DNA from: Candidatus Dormiibacterota bacterium | Lineage (GTDB): Bacteria > Chloroflexota > Dormibacteria > Aeolococcales > Aeolococcaceae | Direction: 5' to 3' | Length of the DNA stretch: 64,000 nt | Assembly (NCBI GenBank): GCA_963718525.1 | Contig: OY970355.1 | Coordinates: 512,001 to 576,000 of the forward strand | Shown here: in pieces, positions 58,562 to 64,000 of the stretch | Numbering within the stretch: the first letter of the stretch is position 1 | How the letters are laid out: each line of letters begins with the position of its first letter | The notes under the pieces: generated by a model | Told to the model about the DNA's origin: nothing | Seen by the model: only the letters and a program-made list of their open reading frames with translations | Databases searched by the model: none | Translations under genes and position numbers: made by a program

Positions 58562-61500
58562 ATGAGGGGGAGGGTTGTACCGGGGCCGGCGGCATCGGGC
58601 GGACGTCGGGTCAGATCTGTTGTCCCGACGCGGCATCGTGGAACGCGGGCCGTTCGCCAGATCGGCGCAACTCTCACCGCCGGGGCTCTGTCGCTGTTTT
58701 CGGGCGGTATCATCGGCCACGCGCTGTCGGTCTCGACCACGACCCTGACGTCACCGACCAATCCGTCTGTGTGGGGGCAGCCGGTTGTCTTCACCGCGAC
58801 GATCACTCCGGTCGCGCCGGCGCCAACTGGGACAGTCACCTTCCAGGACGGTGGGAGCAACATTGCCGGGTGCGTCAACCGGCCGGTCGCAGCTCGGGTT
58901 GCCACCTGCACCACCGCAGCCCTCTCGGTCGGATCGCACATCGTTACCGCTGTCTATGGCGGCAACGCCACATACTCGACCAGCACATCAGCCCCGCTGA
59001 CCCAGGTGGTCGGCACGGGATCCACGACGACGGTTGTGGCCGCATCCGTCAACCCGTCGGTGAGCGGTCAGACAGTGACGTACACCACCACGGTCAGCGC
59101 GGTCGCGCCCGCCTCTGGGAAGCGTACCGGGACGGTGGCGTTTCTGGATGGCGGCGTCGTCATCGCCGGATGCGGTGCCAAGGCTGTCACCGCCGCGGGC
59201 ACGGCCACGTGCGTCATCGCCTACCCGGGTCCGGGGACGCACACCATCACCGCGATCTACAGCGGTGATGCCAATTTCACTGGTTCGACGTCCACTGCCC
59301 TCAGCCAGACGGTGAACTCCGGCACGACCGGCGTCGTGCTCAGCTCGTCAGCAAACCCCTCGAGCACCGGCGCGAACGTGACCCTCACCGCCAACGTCAC
59401 AGCCACGGCACCCGCATCGGGGACGCGGACCGGAACTGTCGAATTTCAGGTTGGCGGCGTCGACATCGCGGGTTGCGGTGCCCAGGTCGTGCCGGCGTCC
59501 GGGAAGGCCACATGCGTGACAAACACTCTGACCGTGGGCGCGAACACGATCACCGCCATCTACAGCGGTGATGCCAACTTCGCGGCGAGCACGTCGGCGC
59601 CCTTCACGCAGACGGTCAACCAGGGCGCGACCACAACCACGGTTAAGTCCTCGCTGAATCCTTCGATTACCGGGGTCACGGTCACCTTCACGGCGACCGT
59701 CACCGCGATCGCTCCCGCATCTGGGACGCGCACCGGCACCATCACCTTCGAGGACAGCGGTGTCGCCGTCGCCGGCTGCGCCGCTCAGATCCTCGGACTC
59801 GCGGGGACCGCGACGTGCGCGACGAACGCGCTCGCAGCCGGCGTGCATACGATCACCGCGGTCTACAGCGGCGACGGCAATTTCACCGCGAGCACGTCAG
59901 CGCCACTCACGCAGACGGTGGTCAGCACGACGACGACCACAGTCGTGTCCAGCGCGAATCCGTCGGTGTTCGGACAGAGCATCCAGTACACAGCGACCGT
60001 CGTCGGCGGTCCGATAGTCACCGGGACTATCACGTTCCGCGACGGCGGTGGCAACATCGCCGGTTGCGTCGCGGTGGCGATGATCGCAGGATCCGCGTCG
60101 TGCGCCGTGTCGCCCGCGCTGGGCTCGCGCAAGATCACCGCGGTCTACAGCGGTGACGCGAGCAATGCGGCGAGCACCTCTGCGGTGATGACCCAGGTCG
60201 TCACCGCTGACCCGACCACCACGGTGGTGACGGCGACGGTGAATCCGACGGTGTTCGGCCAGCCGGTGACCTTCACCGCAACCGTGACCGCCGACGCTCC
60301 GGGATCAGGCACACCGACCGGCAAGGTTGCCTTCGACAACGGCGCGGCCGCCATCGCTGGGTGCGGCGGGGTCATGTTGATCGCCGGTGTCGCCAGCTGC
60401 ACCACCAACGCGCTGGCGGTGGGTCTGCACTCGATCAGCGGCCACTACAACGGCAGTGCGAACGATGTGACCAGCACATCACCCGTCCTGACGGAAACCG
60501 TGAACCTGGGTTCGACCACGACGGTCGTCGGGTCGTCGCTGAACCCGTCGGTGTCCGGTCAGTCGGTGACCTACACGGCGACGGTCACCGTCACCGCGCC
60601 GGCAGCGGGCATTCCTGTAGGCACGGTCGACTTCGAAGACGGTGGCGTCACCATCGCGGGGTGCGCCGCGACGGCACTGAGTGCCGCTGGTACCGCTGCG
60701 TGCTCATTCGCATATGCCGGGTCCGGGCCGCACGCGATCACGGCGATCTACTCGGGTGGCATCGATTTCGCGGGCTCGGGATCGCCCATGTTGACGCAGA
60801 TCGTCAACCCGGCGTCGACGTCGACTACTGTCGCATCGTCGGTGAACCCGTCGGTGGCCGGCCAGTCGATGACCATCACCGCGTCAGTGAGCGTGATCGC
60901 CCCCGGAACCGGGAGGCCAACAGGCACGGTGATATTCCAGGACGGCGGCGTCACGATCACGGGTTGCGCCGCCGAGGCGGTGTCGGCCGCGGGCACCGCG
61001 TCGTGTGCAGTGTCGTTCGCCACAGTTGATGCGCACCCGATCGCGGCTGTGTACAGCGGCAACTCAAACTTCAGCGGCTCGACGTCGCCGATCCTCACGG
61101 AGACGGTCAACCAGGGCGCGACGGTGACGGTGGTGACCTCGTCGGTGGATCCATCGGTCTCCGGTCAGACTGTGATCTACACCGCGATTGTCACCGCGAC
61201 CGCGCCGGCCGCTGGCACCCCGAGCGGAACGTTGACGTTCATGGACGGCGCCACCACCATCAGCGGCTGCATCGCGCAGGCAATGGTCGGCGGCGTCGCA
61301 CCCTGCACGATCGTCTACGCCGGAGTCGGGGTGCACGCGATCACCGCCGTCTACAACGGTGATCCCAACTTCACGACCTCGACGTCTCCCGTCCTCACGC
61401 AGAGCGTCAATCAGGGAGCGACGTCCGCCCTGGTGACCTCTGCGGCGGATCCCTCGGTGTCCGGTCAGGCCGTCACGTATATGGTGACAGTCACCGCTGT

Positions 61501-63352
61501 CGCTCCCGCGAGCGGCACACCGTCCGGCTCCGCCAGCTTCATGGACGGTGCAACCACTATCAGCGGCTGCATCGCGCAGCCGTTGATCGGTGGCGTCGCG
61601 ACGTGCAGCGTCGCGTATTCCGGAGTCGGGAGCCACTCGGTCACAGCCGTCTACAGCGGTGACCCTGATTTCACGGGGTCGACGTCGCCAGTCCTCACAC
61701 AGATGGTCACTCCGGCATCGACGTCGACATCACTCACGTCCTCGGTGGATCCGTCGGTCACCGGGCAGTCGGTCACCGTCATTGAGACGGTGACCGTGTT
61801 GGCACCCGGATCCGGAGTACCGACCGGCACGGTGGCGTTCCTGGACGACGGCACCTCCATCGTCGGATGCGCAGCGCAGCCTGTGACCGCTGCCGGCATC
61901 GCGGTGTGCGACGACGCATTTGCTGCGGCCGGCGCGGAAACCGTCACTGCCGTCTACAGCGGTGACGCCGACTTCAGCAGCTCGACGAGCGCTGCGATGA
62001 CCCAGACGATCAATCCGGGTGCAACCGCGACGGTGGCCGCATCGTCGGTGGACCCATCGGTGTCCGGGGAGGGGCTCTCGTACATCGTCACCGTGACAGC
62101 CGTCATGCCCGCCGCCGGCACTCCCACTGGGAGCGTCGCGTTCTTCGACGGCGCGTCCACAGTCGCGGGATGCGGCGCGCAACCACTGGTCGGCGGGACA
62201 GCGTCGTGCAACGTGACCTACGCAGGTGTCAGCACCCACACGATCACCGCCATGTACAGCGGTGATCCCAACTTCATCGGATCAACGTCCGCCATCGCCA
62301 CGCAGACCGTCAACCCGGCGTCGACCTCGACATCGCTCGCATCCTCGGTGAACCCGTCGGTCACAGGGCAGCCAGTCACGATCACGGCGACGGTGAGTGT
62401 GAACGTCCCGGGTTCCGGCGCACCCACCGGCAACGTCTCCTTCGAGGATAACGGCATCACCATCGCGGGATGCGCCGGCGAACCGGTGATCGGCACCGGC
62501 ATGACAACATGCGCCGACGCATTCGTTGCAGGTGCGGATGCGATCACCGCCGTCTACAGCGGTGATCCCAACTTCATGGGGTCGACGTCTCCCATCCTCA
62601 CGCAGACAATCAACCAGGGCGCGACGGTGGCGGTGGTCGCCTCGTCGGCGAATCCGTCGGTGGCTGGCACGGGCGTTTCCTACACCGCCACCGTGTCCGC
62701 CGTCGCGCCCGCCAGCGGGATCCCCACCGGCACGGTCGCGTTCCTGGACGGCGCATCGACCATCCCCGGGTGCGCGACGCAAGCACTGGTCGCTGGAATG
62801 GCGTCGTGCTCCGCGACCTACGCGGTCGCCGGCAGCCACGCGATCACCGCCGTCTACAGCGGTGACACCAACTTCGCCTTCTCGTCATCGTCGGCGCTGA
62901 ACCAGAACATCGAGCTTGCTGACTCCGCAACGACCGTGACGTCGCCAGACAGCGTCTGGGCGGCCGGTCAACCCGGCGTCTTCAAGGCGACGGTGTCCCC
63001 CGTCGCGGCGGCACATGTTACCCCGAGCGGGACCGCTGCATTCATGGACGCCGGCGCCCCCATACCCGGATGCGCTGCACAGCCGGTTGTGGCGGGGAAC
63101 GCATCGTGCAGCGTTGCGTTCACAGGTATCGGCACCTACCCCATCACGGCTGTCTACAGCGGTGACGCAGCCCTCACCGGTTCCACGTCGCCACCACTGA
63201 TGCTGTCGGTGTACGACGATCCGCCCGCGCCGGACGCCGGAGCGGCAACGCAGTCGACGTCCTGGGGGTATCTCGCCATCCTCGGCGGAGTCTTCCTGGT
63301 GTTCCTCATGGGATGTGCGCGACTCCGGCGCAGGGACGGCGACCGCGACTGA
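58562..63352 (+). CDS. Large surface protein with 15 Ig-like (Big_3-type) repeats and APDAG-TM-basic tail
   Basis: Signal peptide ..GHA; about 100-aa repeats NPSV.GQ.VT.TATV..TGTV.F.DG..I.GC..ATC..ITA.YSGD; APDAG at 63227, TM, RLRRR. Confidence 0.88.
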   Translation: MRGRVVPGPAASGGRRVRSVVPTRHRGTRAVRQIGATLTAGALSLFSGGIIGHALSVSTTTLTSPTNPSVWGQPVVFTATITPVAPAPTGTVTFQDGGSNIAGCVNRPVAARVATCTTAALSVGSHIVTAVYGGNATYSTSTSAPLTQVVGTGSTTTVVAASVNPSVSGQTVTYTTTVSAVAPASGKRTGTVAFLDGGVVIAGCGAKAVTAAGTATCVIAYPGPGTHTITAIYSGDANFTGSTSTALSQTVNSGTTGVVLSSSANPSSTGANVTLTANVTATAPASGTRTGTVEFQVGGVDIAGCGAQVVPASGKATCVTNTLTVGANTITAIYSGDANFAASTSAPFTQTVNQGATTTTVKSSLNPSITGVTVTFTATVTAIAPASGTRTGTITFEDSGVAVAGCAAQILGLAGTATCATNALAAGVHTITAVYSGDGNFTASTSAPLTQTVVSTTTTTVVSSANPSVFGQSIQYTATVVGGPIVTGTITFRDGGGNIAGCVAVAMIAGSASCAVSPALGSRKITAVYSGDASNAASTSAVMTQVVTADPTTTVVTATVNPTVFGQPVTFTATVTADAPGSGTPTGKVAFDNGAAAIAGCGGVMLIAGVASCTTNALAVGLHSISGHYNGSANDVTSTSPVLTETVNLGSTTTVVGSSLNPSVSGQSVTYTATVTVTAPAAGIPVGTVDFEDGGVTIAGCAATALSAAGTAACSFAYAGSGPHAITAIYSGGIDFAGSGSPMLTQIVNPASTSTTVASSVNPSVAGQSMTITASVSVIAPGTGRPTGTVIFQDGGVTITGCAAEAVSAAGTASCAVSFATVDAHPIAAVYSGNSNFSGSTSPILTETVNQGATVTVVTSSVDPSVSGQTVIYTAIVTATAPAAGTPSGTLTFMDGATTISGCIAQAMVGGVAPCTIVYAGVGVHAITAVYNGDPNFTTSTSPVLTQSVNQGATSALVTSAADPSVSGQAVTYMVTVTAVAPASGTPSGSASFMDGATTISGCIAQPLIGGVATCSVAYSGVGSHSVTAVYSGDPDFTGSTSPVLTQMVTPASTSTSLTSSVDPSVTGQSVTVIETVTVLAPGSGVPTGTVAFLDDGTSIVGCAAQPVTAAGIAVCDDAFAAAGAETVTAVYSGDADFSSSTSAAMTQTINPGATATVAASSVDPSVSGEGLSYIVTVTAVMPAAGTPTGSVAFFDGASTVAGCGAQPLVGGTASCNVTYAGVSTHTITAMYSGDPNFIGSTSAIATQTVNPASTSTSLASSVNPSVTGQPVTITATVSVNVPGSGAPTGNVSFEDNGITIAGCAGEPVIGTGMTTCADAFVAGADAITAVYSGDPNFMGSTSPILTQTINQGATVAVVASSANPSVAGTGVSYTATVSAVAPASGIPTGTVAFLDGASTIPGCATQALVAGMASCSATYAVAGSHAITAVYSGDTNFAFSSSSALNQNIELADSATTVTSPDSVWAAGQPGVFKATVSPVAAAHVTPSGTAAFMDAGAPIPGCAAQPVVAGNASCSVAFTGIGTYPITAVYSGDAALTGSTSPPLMLSVYDDPPAPDAGAATQSTSWGYLAILGGVFLVFLMGCARLRRRDGDRD
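58730..63210 (+). repeat. 15 tandem about 300-bp Ig-like repeats
   Basis: Y(S/G/N)G motif counted 15 times; each repeat has a Cys pair. Confidence 0.88.
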
Positions 63353-63364
63353 GTTCGCGCGAGG

Positions 63365-64000
63365 TCAGGGATAGATGCCGCGGTCGGTCGTTGCCTCTGC
63401 AACCCGTTCAATGGCGAGGAGGTATGCGCCCTGCCGAAGCGAGACGCCGCGCTGCTGCGACCGGTCCCATACTTCGGTGAACGCCCGGTGCATGATCTTC
63501 TCGAGACGAGCGTTGATCTCGTCCTCGTCCCAGAAGAACGACTGCAGATCCTGCACCCACTCGAAATAGGAGACCGTGACGCCACCAGCGTTGGCGAGAA
63601 TATCGGGCACGACGGTGATGCCGCGCTGCTCGAGCAGGACGTCCGCGTCGGGAGTGATCGGACCATTGGCCGCCTCGAGGATGAGCCTCGCCTGGATGCG
63701 CCCAGCGTTCTCGCTCGTGACCTGGTTCTCGAGTGCAGCGGGCACGAGCAGATCGCAGGGCACTTCGAGGACCTCAGCCGCGGAGATCGCGCTCGCTCCG
63801 GGAAAGCCGGTGACGCTGCCCGTCGATTTCTTGTGCGCGATCAGGCGCTCGACATCGAGGCCGCCGGCACGATGGATTGCGCCGGTACTGTCAGAAACCG
63901 CCACGATCGTGAACCCCTGCGCAGCCATGAGCTGTGCAGCGATCGACCCCGCGTTGCCGAGCCCCTGGATGGCCACCGTCGAGCCGTTGGGGTCGATACC
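63365..64000 (-). CDS. gdhA: Glu/Leu/Phe/Val dehydrogenase, probably glutamate dehydrogenase (C-terminal part; runs off window)
   Basis: AIQGLGNAG, PAALEN, EAANGP, PDILANAGGVTVSYFEWVQ, RGIYP. Confidence 0.9.
   Translation of the reverse strand, partial: GIDPNGSTVAIQGLGNAGSIAAQLMAAQGFTIVAVSDSTGAIHRAGGLDVERLIAHKKSTGSVTGFPGASAISAAEVLEVPCDLLVPAALENQVTSENAGRIQARLILEAANGPITPDADVLLEQRGITVVPDILANAGGVTVSYFEWVQDLQSFFWDEDEINARLEKIMHRAFTEVWDRSQQRGVSLRQGAYLLAIERVAEATTDRGIYP

Overview
High-GC bacterial chromosomal segment with about 65 tightly packed genes. Gene content and promoter style suggest a soil Terrabacterium (Actinomycetota, Chloroflexota or Ca. Dormibacterota-like); this is inference only. No rRNA, tRNA, CRISPR array or recognisable transposase was found. 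The window holds small stress, redox and detoxification modules (HxlR/DoxX, MarR/hydrolase, TetR/MFS, AraC/VOC), an Fe3+/thiamine-type ABC transporter, lipid phosphatase/kinase genes, two very large Ig-repeat surface proteins with sortase-like tails, and a DUF222-HNH gene with an SOS-box-like site. The best candidate for an undescribed system is 41766-46304: a secreted subtilisin ending in 12 GASWS pentapeptide repeats, with a GISWD copy before its signal peptide, directly upstream of a membrane-sensor GAF-GGDEF-EAL protein. Other leads: a plus-strand structured sRNA divergent from an XRE gene, a BNR propeller paired with a GG-blocked ubiquitin-like protein, an AKR-kinase-HAD triple fusion, and an inverted STAND-TPR-BTAD regulator with 11-bp-periodic boxes in front of a microprotein. 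There is also a junction near 56810 where two divergent genes both lack their 5' ends. Four apparent +1 insertions in short homopolymers suggest sequencing errors. All family assignments come from motif recognition by eye, not from database searches.
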